DNA from: an uncultured Chthoniobacterales bacterium
GTDB lineage: Bacteria > Verrucomicrobiota > Verrucomicrobiia > Chthoniobacterales > SZAS-18
Reading direction: 5' to 3'
DNA: 64,000 nucleotides
Assembly (NCBI GenBank): GCA_964236475.1
Contig: CAXSED010000004.1
Location: 5,890-69,889 of the forward strand
In this document: positions 1 through 8,960 of the stretch, piece by piece
Numbering within the stretch: position 1 is the stretch's first letter
Layout: each line of letters begins with the position of its first letter
Notes under the pieces: model-generated
What the model was told of the DNA's origin: nothing
Database searches by the model: none
Seen by the model: the letters and a program-made list of their open reading frames with translations, nothing else
Translations under genes and position numbers: made by a program

Positions 1-60
1 CGCCTCTTGCAAGCGTTTCTCCGTGGGCTGCTCGGTTTTATTCTCGTTGTCTTCCGCCAT
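1..60 (-). CDS. flhB: Flagellar export protein FlhB, N-terminal 20 aa (runs off window start)
   Basis: Minus-strand translation MAEDNENKTEQPTEKRLQEA matches the FlhB N-terminal KTE-x-PT-x-KRL-x-EA motif; directly downstream of fliR. Confidence 0.85.
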   Translation of the reverse strand, partial: MAEDNENKTEQPTEKRLQEA

Positions 61-113
61 GTTTGCGCGTGCTCAGCCCGGCGCGTTTCTCCAGGGCAGG
101 CGGCGGGCGGCAG

Positions 114-881
114 TCAGCGGCGCACGAGTTGGAGCATCAGGTCAGGAGCGTTCTGGAGGTAGCCGAGCATGTATTGTGCCGCCAGCCCGAAAGTCAGCCC
201 CAGCACGGTGAGTCCGGCCAGGATGCGCGCGGAGTAACTTTCCGTGAACGCGTTGATGCTCGGCGCAACCTTGCCTAGCACCCCGAAGGTCAGCGTCACG
301 ACGAAATTGACGGCGATCACCGGGGCCGACATCTGCACCGCGAGCAGGAAGATATGGCTCGTCTGCGTCACGAACAAATCGAGCGCGCCCGGGCTGAACC
401 CCAGGTTGCCCACCGGGGCATACCGGTAGCTGCGCAGATAAGCGAACAGGACGGAATGATAAGCGCCCGTGGTCAGCAACAACAGCGCGGCGAGGTTTGA
501 AAAAAGCACGGCGGCGGTGGCAAAGCTGTTGCCGGAAGTGGGGTCCAGCGTGGAACCCGTGGTCAGGCCCATTTCGTTGGAGATGATCTGCCCGGCCATC
601 TCCGCCGCGAAGAAGATGATCTTTACCATCAAACCCATGAACAGGCCGATGAGCAATTCGTTCGCGGCGACCAGAGCGAGCGCCGCCGGTTGTTCGGGCA
701 TCGAAGAATGGCCCGGCACGTAATTCCCGGCCATGTAGGCGAGAAAAACCGCCAGTACCAGACGCATCTGCATCGGGACCGACGGCGCAGAGAACACCGG
801 CAGCACCGAGATCAACCCGCCCGCCCGCAGCAGCGCCATCATCCAGGCGTAAAGCGAGTCGATGTCGAAGCTCGGGAACAC
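114..881 (-). CDS. fliR: Flagellar biosynthetic protein FliR
   Basis: 255 aa hydrophobic; PVFSAPSVP, GQIISNEMG and KVAPSIN motifs; between fliQ and flhB. Confidence 0.93.
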   Translation of the reverse strand: MFPSFDIDSLYAWMMALLRAGGLISVLPVFSAPSVPMQMRLVLAVFLAYMAGNYVPGHSSMPEQPAALALVAANELLIGLFMGLMVKIIFFAAEMAGQIISNEMGLTTGSTLDPTSGNSFATAAVLFSNLAALLLLTTGAYHSVLFAYLRSYRYAPVGNLGFSPGALDLFVTQTSHIFLLAVQMSAPVIAVNFVVTLTFGVLGKVAPSINAFTESYSARILAGLTVLGLTFGLAAQYMLGYLQNAPDLMLQLVRR

Positions 882-894
882 GGCAGGGAAAAAT

Positions 895-1164
895 TTATTT
901 TACCATCTCGGGCATCCGTTCGATGAAGGAAATCGTGAACTGCATCAGGTGCCGCAGCATCCACGGCGCGGCGAACACCAGCACGCCCGCGACCGCGAGC
1001 AACTTGGGCACGAAGGTCATGGTCTGCTCTTGAATGCTCGTCACGGTCTGCACCAGACTGACGACCAAGCCGATGGACATGGCGACCACGAGGATCGGCG
1101 AAATGACAAGCAGACACGTTGTAATAAGCAGGCGGAGAATGTCGACGGCGTAGAGCGGGTTCAC
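895..1164 (-). CDS. fliQ: Flagellar biosynthetic protein FliQ (GTG start inferred)
   Basis: IGLVVSLVQTVTSIQEQTMTFVPKL signature; gene order. Confidence 0.93.
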   Translation of the reverse strand: MNPLYAVDILRLLITTCLLVISPILVVAMSIGLVVSLVQTVTSIQEQTMTFVPKLLAVAGVLVFAAPWMLRHLMQFTISFIERMPEMVK

Positions 1165-1175
1165 GAGAAAGAAAT

Positions 1176-1961
1176 TTAGAGGCCGAAACTTTGCACGAGG
1201 GATTTGATGACCAGATGCCAACCATCTACCAGCACGAAAAGAAGTAACTTGAAAGGCAGCGAAACCACGGTCGGCGGCATCATCATCATGCCCATCGCCA
1301 TCAGCGTGGACGCCACCAGGAAGTCGATCACCATGAACGGGATGAACACGAGGAATCCCATCTGGAACGCCGTGCGCAACTCGCTGACGATGAACGCCGG
1401 AATGACCACCCGCAGCGGCAGGTCATCCACCGCCGTCGGTCCCTCGCCCGCCAACCCGAGGAAGAATTCTACTTCCCCCGGGCGGGTCTGCTTGAGCATG
1501 AACTGACGGAGAGGCATGCTGGCACGCGTGGCGGCATCGTTGAAATTGATCTGCTTGGAGGAATACGGCTGGAAGGCCTCCGTGTTGATCCGGTTAGCGA
1601 CCGGGGCCATGATGAACAACGTCAGGAAAAGCGAGAGGCCGATCACGATCTGGTTTGACGGTGCGCTCTGTACGCCCAGGGCCGTGCGCACGAAACCCAA
1701 CACGATGACGATCCGGGTAAAACTGGTCATCAGCATGACGATGGCCGGGGCCAGGGTCAGCACCGTCATGAAAAGCATGATCTGGATGCCCGTCGCCAGG
1801 TCGGCTGGCTGGCCACCGTTGCCGAGATTCACGTTGAGATTGACCGGCGGCGCGGGCGTTTGCTGCGCCGCTGCCGTCCCCGCCAGAGCCAGGAAGCCCA
1901 ACGCGACGAGCAGTAGCCAGCCCAGCCGGATGCACGAAGGGAATGCGTGGAAAACCTTCAT
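1176..1961 (-). CDS. fliP: Flagellar export gate protein FliP
   Basis: MTSFTRIVIVLGFVRTALG, PAFIVSELRTAF and LPFKLLLFVLVDGW signatures. Confidence 0.96.
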   Translation of the reverse strand: MKVFHAFPSCIRLGWLLLVALGFLALAGTAAAQQTPAPPVNLNVNLGNGGQPADLATGIQIMLFMTVLTLAPAIVMLMTSFTRIVIVLGFVRTALGVQSAPSNQIVIGLSLFLTLFIMAPVANRINTEAFQPYSSKQINFNDAATRASMPLRQFMLKQTRPGEVEFFLGLAGEGPTAVDDLPLRVVIPAFIVSELRTAFQMGFLVFIPFMVIDFLVASTLMAMGMMMMPPTVVSLPFKLLLFVLVDGWHLVIKSLVQSFGL

Positions 1962-2512
1962 GTGACACGCTCCTTCGAAACGGTTTCAGAAAGCGCATTC
2001 GCCGTCGGTAACGGGCACAGGTAGTCGATCTTGCCAGGAGCCACACCGAGCAAAACTCGCTCGTTTTCGTATTCCACCACGACGAGAAATTGCCGGTTGC
2101 CCAGCGAACGCGATTCGCTGACGATCAGCTTGCGTTGCCCCTTGCCCACGGGCGCGAACCCGGTCTGACGCCGCACGAGATAATAACCGCCACCGCAGAG
2201 GGCCAGCAGCATCAGAAACGAGGCGGTCAAGCCAGGCATCCCCCCCGCCTCACCGCCGCGCGCCGTCGCCGGGGACGGCTGCGGTCCGTTCGCCGGGTAA
2301 AGAACGCGTCCGCGTTCCGCCGGTGAATCCGCTGGCTCAGCGGTCGCTGCGGGGGAAGCGGTCGGGGCCGCCACGGCAAGGGGCGGCGCCACCGTGCCCT
2401 GAGCCGCTACGGGGGGCGTCTGCGCGGCAGCTTGCGCCAGCATCGTGAGGCAGCCTGCCGTCACGGTGATCCACGCTTTGGACCGCCCGGAAAACAAGCG
2501 TGTGAATTTCAT
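1958..2512 (-). CDS. fliO: Flagellar protein FliO
   Basis: Single TM followed by SRSLGNRQFLVVVEYENERVLLGV; between fliN and fliP; start placed at the second Met. Confidence 0.85.
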   Translation of the reverse strand: MKFTRLFSGRSKAWITVTAGCLTMLAQAAAQTPPVAAQGTVAPPLAVAAPTASPAATAEPADSPAERGRVLYPANGPQPSPATARGGEAGGMPGLTASFLMLLALCGGGYYLVRRQTGFAPVGKGQRKLIVSESRSLGNRQFLVVVEYENERVLLGVAPGKIDYLCPLPTANALSETVSKERVT

Positions 2513-2538
2513 ATGGCAGCCGCCGTAACGCGGGGGAT

Positions 2539-2832
2539 TCAACTTTTCTTCCCCTCGACCAACTCGGTGATTTTGATGCCGAAATGGTCCTCGATGACCA
2601 CCACTTCGCCGTGCGCGATCAGCGTGTCGTTGACGTACAACCCCACGGGATCATTCGCTTGCTGATCGAGCTGCACCACCGTATTGGGATTGAGGTCCAA
2701 CACCTCGCGCATGGGAAGGCGGCAAGTGCCGAGGCGCACGGTGACTTCGACCTTCACGTCGAGCAGCACGGGCAGGGTTTTCGTGTCGATAGTGTCCACA
2801 GAAACCACTCCATAGCAGCATCGGGGCCGCAC
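2539..2832 (-). CDS. fliN: Flagellar motor switch protein FliN (SpoA domain; start uncertain)
   Basis: LLDVKVEVTVRLG and IAHGEVVVIEDHFGIKITE motifs. Confidence 0.92.
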   Translation of the reverse strand: MRPRCCYGVVSVDTIDTKTLPVLLDVKVEVTVRLGTCRLPMREVLDLNPNTVVQLDQQANDPVGLYVNDTLIAHGEVVVIEDHFGIKITELVEGKKS

Positions 2833-2837
2833 GTTCC

Positions 2838-3860
2838 CTATTTTGCCAGAAAGGAGGAGAAACCCTCCGGTGCCGCCGTCGGATCAACCTCGTCGTCCAG
2901 GCGGCGGTCCAACCGGACGGCAACCCGTCCGTCCCGCACCCCGGCGGTACCGATGAACAGCGGTTCGCCGGTCAGGTTGATGCGCGTTTGCGAAAGGGTT
3001 TCGGTCGGCAGTTCGAGCACGTCCCCGGCGCGCAGATGCAAGATGTTGCGTAACGTCACGTCGCCCACCAGCCAGTCGGCCACGGCGGGCAGAGAGATGC
3101 CTGCATAAGCGGCACGCCGGGCAAAAGCCGCCTTGTCCAGCGCGGGGGTCGAGCGCGCTTCTTTCGGGCGTTGGGCCGGTGCTTTTTTGATGCTGCTCTC
3201 CAGCGCGGCGTATGGCATGGCAATTTGCAGCGTTTCCGGCGGGGCCTCACCCAGGCTTGCCTCCATCGACACCACCAGCATGTTGGCGGCTGGCGGCGAG
3301 GTTTGGAGAAATTTACCGTTGGTTTCGTGGCCGACGAGCAGGGGGCGCGGGTCCTGCAAATCCTGCCATTGCCGCGACCATCCCTCCACGATCATCCGCA
3401 GGAAGTCTTCGAGCAGTCCGGTCTCGATTTCCGTGAGCGCGCGGTTTTCCAGGGCCGCGCCGCCGCGACCGCCGAGCATCCGGTTGGTGATGGCCAGCCC
3501 GAGCGCGGGCGGCAGGCTGACGATGCCCAACCCGGCCAGCGGCTCCAGCTTGAAAAGGGTCAGGTGCGCCGGTTCGGGCAGCGCGTCGGCGAACCGGCTG
3601 AAAGTCGTCGTGGTCAGACTGGCCAACGTCAGCGCGAATTCCAGCCGCAGAAACGCCGAAACCTTGGCCGCGAAATGCCGGGCGAATTCCGTGTGCTGAC
3701 CCCGCAGGCGGCGCAGGTCGCTCTCGGAAAGCAACACCGGATTGCGGAAATCGCACCGTTCGATGACGAGCGCGGTCTTCTCCACCTCGCGCCGTCCCCG
3801 GCTGCCGACGACCGTGGTCGTTTCGCCTAGAACCAGATCGGTCGCAACGGGGTCGCTCAT
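2838..3860 (-). CDS. fliM: Flagellar motor switch protein FliM
   Basis: DFRNP N-terminal motif, RALTEIE and ETNGKFLQ, C-terminal SpoA-like domain. Confidence 0.9.
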   Translation of the reverse strand: MSDPVATDLVLGETTTVVGSRGRREVEKTALVIERCDFRNPVLLSESDLRRLRGQHTEFARHFAAKVSAFLRLEFALTLASLTTTTFSRFADALPEPAHLTLFKLEPLAGLGIVSLPPALGLAITNRMLGGRGGAALENRALTEIETGLLEDFLRMIVEGWSRQWQDLQDPRPLLVGHETNGKFLQTSPPAANMLVVSMEASLGEAPPETLQIAMPYAALESSIKKAPAQRPKEARSTPALDKAAFARRAAYAGISLPAVADWLVGDVTLRNILHLRAGDVLELPTETLSQTRINLTGEPLFIGTAGVRDGRVAVRLDRRLDDEVDPTAAPEGFSSFLAK

Positions 3861-3884
3861 GCAGAGTTAGCGCGGGCGCGTCGG

Positions 3885-4484
3885 CTACTGGATCACGAAT
3901 TCCGAGAAGTAAAGCTCCTCGACCATTTCCACGCCGAGCGCGTGGTTGTATTTTGCGATCAATTCCTCGCGGATCGCGTTCTTGGCCGTGGGGCTGTCGA
4001 GGTCGTTGAGCGTACGCGCCGAGAGCACGTTGATCGTGATGTCGAGCAGCTTCTGGTGGTCGTTCTTCACGATGTCCGGTAATCGCGTGTCCGACCCCGA
4101 CACGGTAAAGCTCGTCTTCAAATACCGGGTGCCCAGCGCACCGGAAAGGTTGACGATCACATCCTTGAACTCGAAGGAAGCTTCGCTGGCCTCGGTGCTT
4201 TTCTTGGAGTCGCCTTCGCTTTTCTTGGGAGCGGCGTGGGCCGCGGGGGCCGCCCCGGTTTTCCCCTCGCCTTTCTGTGCCGCGAACGCCCCGGGATCGG
4301 CGGTTCCCGGTGCCGGGATCACGGCACGCAGCTTCGGGATGAGCACGTATTCCGTCAGGCCGTAGGCCAGCGCGGGCATCAGGACAAACACCGCGAGCAG
4401 CGGCATCATGACGCCGGGCGCCTTGTTCGTTTTGGCGTCCTCGGCGGCGGCGGGCGGCGCGGCGGCGGTTTCGGTGGCGGCCAT
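3885..4484 (-). CDS. fliL: Flagellar basal-body protein FliL
   Basis: One TM, then IVNLSGALGTRYLK and ELYFSEFVIQ; start placed at ATG 4484. Confidence 0.88.
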   Translation of the reverse strand: MAATETAAAPPAAAEDAKTNKAPGVMMPLLAVFVLMPALAYGLTEYVLIPKLRAVIPAPGTADPGAFAAQKGEGKTGAAPAAHAAPKKSEGDSKKSTEASEASFEFKDVIVNLSGALGTRYLKTSFTVSGSDTRLPDIVKNDHQKLLDITINVLSARTLNDLDSPTAKNAIREELIAKYNHALGVEMVEELYFSEFVIQ

Positions 4485-4497
4485 AATAACGGAAGGA

Positions 4498-5484
4498 TCA
4501 ATGCTTGAGGTTGACAATTTCTTCGAGCACGGAGTCCGACACCGTGACGATGCGCGACGCCGCCTGGAACGAACGCTGAGTGGTGATCAAATCGCTGAAC
4601 TCTTGTGTCAAATCCACGTTGGACAATTCGAGCGAACCGCTCTGCGTGCCACCCAGGCCGTTCGTGCCCGGCGTGTTGTTCGCGGCGGTCAGTGCCGTGC
4701 CGCCAATGGCTCCGGCGGCATCCTGGCCCGAGTAAAGATTGTTGCCCTCGCGGATCAATGAGTTCGGGTCGCGGAAATCCTGCAACATCACCTGCCCGGC
4801 GGAATAACTGTCGCCGTTTGAAAGGTAAATATTCACGTTGCCATCTTTGCCGATGGAGTAGTTGTTCATCGTCGGCGCGCCGGCAGCGACCTGTGCGTCG
4901 GTAAACGCACCGCCCGTGTCGTTGGTCAATCCGTTGCCGACGCTCACGTCGTAACCCACTTTTAGGCTTCCTATGGTCGAGGGCGCGGTTTTGGTGGGCG
5001 TGTAGACGAGCTGTCCGCTGACGTCCGTCACGTCGTAGGAAATCTTGCCCCCGGTCAGGCCTTGAAGGTTGAGCCCAGCGGAGGTGACGATGTTGCCCGT
5101 ATCGTCGAGCCGGAAATCACCGGCGCGGGTCACATAAGCATTGCCATTCTGCGGGTCCTTCACCGAAAAATAACCGTTACCCGTGATGGCCATATCGGTT
5201 GGCACCCCGGTCGTGTCGAGAGTGCCTTCGGAGAAATTGCCACGCACCGAACCGATGTGCATCCCCAGACCGATCTGGGTCGCAGTCGTGTTCGAGGCAG
5301 TGCTGCCGTCCGCCGCCGGCGCGGAATTCTGGAGCACGTCGCTGAAGTTATCCGCGTAATCCGTCGTCGAGCCTTTGAAGCCGACGGTGTTCACGTTGGC
5401 GATGTTATCGCTGATGACCTCCAGACCTTTGGAGAAGTTGGTCAGCGCGCTGATGCCGCTGTCGAGTGAGCCGATGAGTGCCAT
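4498..5484 (-). CDS. flgE: Flagellar hook protein FlgE (short, 328 aa)
   Basis: ISDNIANVNTVGFK, YVTRAGDFRLD and LELSNVDLTQEFSDLITTQRSFQA; downstream of flgD. Confidence 0.92.
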   Translation of the reverse strand: MALIGSLDSGISALTNFSKGLEVISDNIANVNTVGFKGSTTDYADNFSDVLQNSAPAADGSTASNTTATQIGLGMHIGSVRGNFSEGTLDTTGVPTDMAITGNGYFSVKDPQNGNAYVTRAGDFRLDDTGNIVTSAGLNLQGLTGGKISYDVTDVSGQLVYTPTKTAPSTIGSLKVGYDVSVGNGLTNDTGGAFTDAQVAAGAPTMNNYSIGKDGNVNIYLSNGDSYSAGQVMLQDFRDPNSLIREGNNLYSGQDAAGAIGGTALTAANNTPGTNGLGGTQSGSLELSNVDLTQEFSDLITTQRSFQAASRIVTVSDSVLEEIVNLKH

Positions 5485-5536
5485 AAAGTGAGGAAGTGAG
5501 GAGAGTGACGGTTGTGTGGCGGATGGTGGAAAAAGC

Positions 5537-5968
5537 TCAGGTGGTCGGGAGCGAGACGCCCGTGACGGAATCGATCGAGTAATCGGTGTCGTTGATGGTC
5601 AGAGTGACGGCACCGCTGTTGACATGGTAAGCCGTGGCGATGCCGCTGACCGCGTTGCCCGAGGCATCGGTGACACTGACCTGCTTGCCGAGGTACGCCG
5701 GGGCGGCATCGGCTTTCTGTGAGCTTTCGAAACTCGTGAAATTCGTGTTGAGCGCCGACATCTGCTGGAGCGAGGAGAAATTTGCCATCTGCGAGATGAA
5801 CTGCGTGTTGTCCGTGGGGGCCATCGGGTCTTGCGCGCCGAGTTGCGCCGCGAGCAGCTTCAGGAAATCGTCCTGGCCGAGTTCCTGTTGCGGGACGGCA
5901 GAGGCGGTCGCGTCGCTGCTGGTGGTCGTGACGCCTGCGGCTGAGGTGGTGGTGCCAGTGACTTGCAT
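5537..5968 (-). CDS. flgD: Flagellar hook capping protein FlgD
   Basis: LGQDDFLKLLAAQLGAQDPMAP and FISQMANFSSL. Confidence 0.95.
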   Translation of the reverse strand: MQVTGTTTSAAGVTTTSSDATASAVPQQELGQDDFLKLLAAQLGAQDPMAPTDNTQFISQMANFSSLQQMSALNTNFTSFESSQKADAAPAYLGKQVSVTDASGNAVSGIATAYHVNSGAVTLTINDTDYSIDSVTGVSLPTT

Positions 5969-6001
5969 ATAAAAGAAGGGAACGTGGATGAAAACGAACG
6001 A

Positions 6002-7717
6002 TCAGGCCCAATGGTTCCAACGACCGGCGGCGGGTTGACCGGCGGTTGACGGCAGGGTCGCCGTCGTGGCGAATCCGGCGCGGCGGGTTGCTCCTGGCGG
6101 GACCAGTTCGCCCTCGAAAGCTGTCGGCGTTTCCTGCTGGCGGGAGTTTTGCTGCCCGGGAGAAAAGGATGAAGTGTCCGCCTGGGCGTTCGGCAGCGCG
6201 GGACTGTTCCTGCTGGCCTCGAAGCGAGGCTCGCTCAACGACAGCGCGGAGCCGGACGCGGCGTCCGCGGAAAACTGTTCCCAGCCGTGTTCGAGCGCCT
6301 TGCGCAGTTCCGGCGAATTCGTCTGGAAGGTGACCTGCATCCGGTTGTCGGTCACTTGCAGGCGCACGGTGACATCGTGGTTGCCGCCGTCCAGACGGAC
6401 CCGCATTTCCAGTTGGTTGCTGCCGTTCGGACGAACGCTCGTGCCAGCGTCCAAGGCACGCTGGAGCAGCGTTTCCACCTTGACGATCTGCTGACCGGCG
6501 TCAGAGACAAGCGTCTCGGCCTGGACAGCCTGCGCTGTGGAATTTCTTGCCCCGGTCGCTCCGGCAACAGCTATTCCGACGAGCGTTTCGCCGGTCTGCA
6601 CGCTGGCACCCGCCATCCGGTCGGAAGCGGTGGCACCGCCGCGTTTGACCAGCGGGGTGATTTCCGTTTCTTTTTCGTCGGTGGCAGAGGTGACATTCAC
6701 GGCAGGCCCGTCCTTAGCAATGGGTGTGCCATCCGAATCGTTCTTTGACATTAACCTCTCTTTCCCAGCGAGTTGTGGTTTTACATTTTCCAGTTTCCGC
6801 GTGGATTTGATCCCGGCGGTTCCTGATCCGGCAATCTTTGCCCGGTCATCAGTCGCCGGGTCGGAACTCACGGCTTGCGTCATTGACGCAACAGACAATG
6901 CGGTCACCAAAATCTCCCCCCTCGGCACCGTCGGTGTGGTGGCAGACATGACAGCGCTTGAGGACACGGTCGAGGCGAAGTCACTGCCCGCCGCGTTCCC
7001 CGCCGCCATCTCGGGTGTGATGGCTGCGTCCGCGCCGCCGGGGAGTGGCACCGGGGAATTGATGCCCGCACCAGGTGCGCTCGACGCCGGAGATATTTCG
7101 CCTCCCACGGAAACAGACGGCGCAGCCGCCGGTGTAAGTGCCGCGCTGCTCGTCGAAACGAGACCAGAAGGCGTTGGTTGTCCGTCGACTTTTCCCCCAC
7201 GAATCGTTCCAGTCGACGATGCTTCCGTCAGGGCCGCGTCCCGGGTCATGATGGCTTCTGTTCGCATCATCCTTGCCCCGGAAAGCTCCGCCAGCGGTGT
7301 GCCCTGGCTCGAACCTGTTTCTGTCGGTGATGATCCGTTTTCCTCCGCCCGCGATGTGGTCGGGGACCCTTGCGGCGACAACGATATCGTAGGCACCATG
7401 GTTCGCAGATCCATCGGCGGCTGCGACGGGATGACCGCCGCCATCGCGGCAGGCGTCGGAGAATCCGTGACGGGGCTCCGGCTGCCCTTCCAGCGCATCG
7501 GACGGAGCGACGCGGGTGCGGAAGGGTCGGCGAAACCGGGTCCCTCTTGGCCGGGTCGCGGCGGGGAGTGGTCCTTGATGGGCGAAGGAAGCTCCTTCGA
7601 GGCCTGATCGGACAAAACATCGTCGAACGACGGGTCGCTGCCGTTGCCGCCGGTGGCGACAGGCGAGCCGGACGACCCTGGCGACACGGGACCGTGCGGG
7701 GCGATGGGATTGATCAT
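6002..7717 (-). CDS. fliK: Flagellar hook-length control protein FliK
   Basis: Long S/A/P/T-rich N-terminus plus C-terminal Flg_hook-like segment (VRLQVTDNRMQVTFQTNSPELRKALE); directly upstream of flgD; start at MINP inferred. Confidence 0.8.
   Translation of the reverse strand: MINPIAPHGPVSPGSSGSPVATGGNGSDPSFDDVLSDQASKELPSPIKDHSPPRPGQEGPGFADPSAPASLRPMRWKGSRSPVTDSPTPAAMAAVIPSQPPMDLRTMVPTISLSPQGSPTTSRAEENGSSPTETGSSQGTPLAELSGARMMRTEAIMTRDAALTEASSTGTIRGGKVDGQPTPSGLVSTSSAALTPAAAPSVSVGGEISPASSAPGAGINSPVPLPGGADAAITPEMAAGNAAGSDFASTVSSSAVMSATTPTVPRGEILVTALSVASMTQAVSSDPATDDRAKIAGSGTAGIKSTRKLENVKPQLAGKERLMSKNDSDGTPIAKDGPAVNVTSATDEKETEITPLVKRGGATASDRMAGASVQTGETLVGIAVAGATGARNSTAQAVQAETLVSDAGQQIVKVETLLQRALDAGTSVRPNGSNQLEMRVRLDGGNHDVTVRLQVTDNRMQVTFQTNSPELRKALEHGWEQFSADAASGSALSLSEPRFEASRNSPALPNAQADTSSFSPGQQNSRQQETPTAFEGELVPPGATRRAGFATTATLPSTAGQPAAGRWNHWA
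6716..6731 (-). promoter_or_regulatory. Sigma-54 -24/-12 promoter inside fliK
   Basis: Minus strand TGGCACACCCATTGCT = TGGCAC-N5-TTGCT with exact GG-N10-GC spacing, oriented toward flgD. Confidence 0.65.
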
Positions 7718-7730
7718 AAGTCTGGGCAAA

Positions 7731-8381
7731 TCACGGAGCGGACGACGCGGCGGCAACGGAAGGGTTTGCCTGCGATTTTTTGAGGAGGCGCAGCTTTTCG
7801 GTCAGCGCGGCGGCGCGGGTGGCGAGCGTGCCGTTCTGGTCGGTGGTGCGCGCCATCTCCTCGAAAATGACCCCGACGGCGTCCGTCTTCATCAGGGAGA
7901 GGATTTTGAGCGCGGTGGCGTCGTCCAACTCCCGAAAGATGGCGACCGTGGCGCGGGGCGACAGCCGCGAGTAGGTCTGTGCGAGAGGCCGCAGGTTTTT
8001 GGTTTCTTCTTCGCCGAGTTCGGTGGTGGCGTGCTCGAGTTCCTGCCGGGATTGGGTGATCTGGTCGCGGAGGCGGTCCAATTCGGCTTTCTCGCCGTCG
8101 AGCCGGGTTTTGAGGGTGTCCAGATCGTGCGCACGTTCGTCGAGCCGGGCATGTTCACGGCCCAATTCGGCGATCATTTCCTCGGTTTCCGCGCTCCAGA
8201 AATCCCAGGGCCGGGAACCGACCGTGACGAGCGCGGGTTTCTTCGCGGCGGTCGAAGACACGGCGGCGGTCGGGTCGAGCAGCTTTACCCAGCGGGCGCG
8301 CAACACCAGGGCCGTCGTGCCGAGGTAGGACAGCCCGGCCAGCAAGGCGAGAACGAGCGGATTGCGTAACATCTTGCCCAT
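7731..8381 (-). CDS. MotE/FlbB-like (MgtE_N-like) flagellar protein
   Basis: N-terminal TM, coiled coil, LAQTYSRLSPRATVAIFRELDD...ILSLMK; located between fliJ and fliK. Confidence 0.75.
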   Translation of the reverse strand: MGKMLRNPLVLALLAGLSYLGTTALVLRARWVKLLDPTAAVSSTAAKKPALVTVGSRPWDFWSAETEEMIAELGREHARLDERAHDLDTLKTRLDGEKAELDRLRDQITQSRQELEHATTELGEEETKNLRPLAQTYSRLSPRATVAIFRELDDATALKILSLMKTDAVGVIFEEMARTTDQNGTLATRAAALTEKLRLLKKSQANPSVAAASSAP

Positions 8382-8384
8382 CGG

Positions 8385-8858
8385 TCAGCCGCGCGCCTCC
8401 AAAAGTTCCGCACGCTGGCGGCGCGCCCGGTTGGCGTTGAAAAAATCAGCGAGCGCGTGCTCCTCGTGACGCAGACCGGCCAGCCGCTCTTGCTCCAGGT
8501 GTCGTGCGCGCAGTTTGAGCATCGTCTCCTGCTTGCGCCGGGCTTCGAGGAGTACCCCTCGTGCCTGCGCCTCTACCTGAAGCGCCGCAGCGAGACGAGT
8601 TTCCTGCGCCTTGCAAGCCGCTTGACCCGCCTGCAACGCGGACCAATGCCGGGCGTGCGACGCTGCCAGAAATTCGCGGCTGGACCGGTGTTCGGTGTAA
8701 GCTCGCGTGTGGGCATCGAGCGCGGCGCGGGCGGCAGCCAGCACGTCGGCGACGGTTTCGCGGGCTTGGACGGCGCGGCCCAGTTCAGCGCGGGCCTGGT
8801 CCTCACGCATGGCGTAGAGACCGAGGACGGATTCGAGGCGGAACTTGGCGGGTTTCAT
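8385..8858 (-). CDS. fliJ: Flagellar export protein FliJ
   Basis: KFRLESVL N-terminus, coiled coil, 157 aa, follows fliI. Confidence 0.85.
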   Translation of the reverse strand: MKPAKFRLESVLGLYAMREDQARAELGRAVQARETVADVLAAARAALDAHTRAYTEHRSSREFLAASHARHWSALQAGQAACKAQETRLAAALQVEAQARGVLLEARRKQETMLKLRARHLEQERLAGLRHEEHALADFFNANRARRQRAELLEARG

Positions 8859-8960
8859 CGGAGGTTGGAATGGGCCGTTTCAACGAGGCAAAATGCGCTC
8901 GTCTCGTGCGTCAGCGACGCCTGCAAACCAGATGTTCGTTTTGCGCTCATTTTTCGCCGT

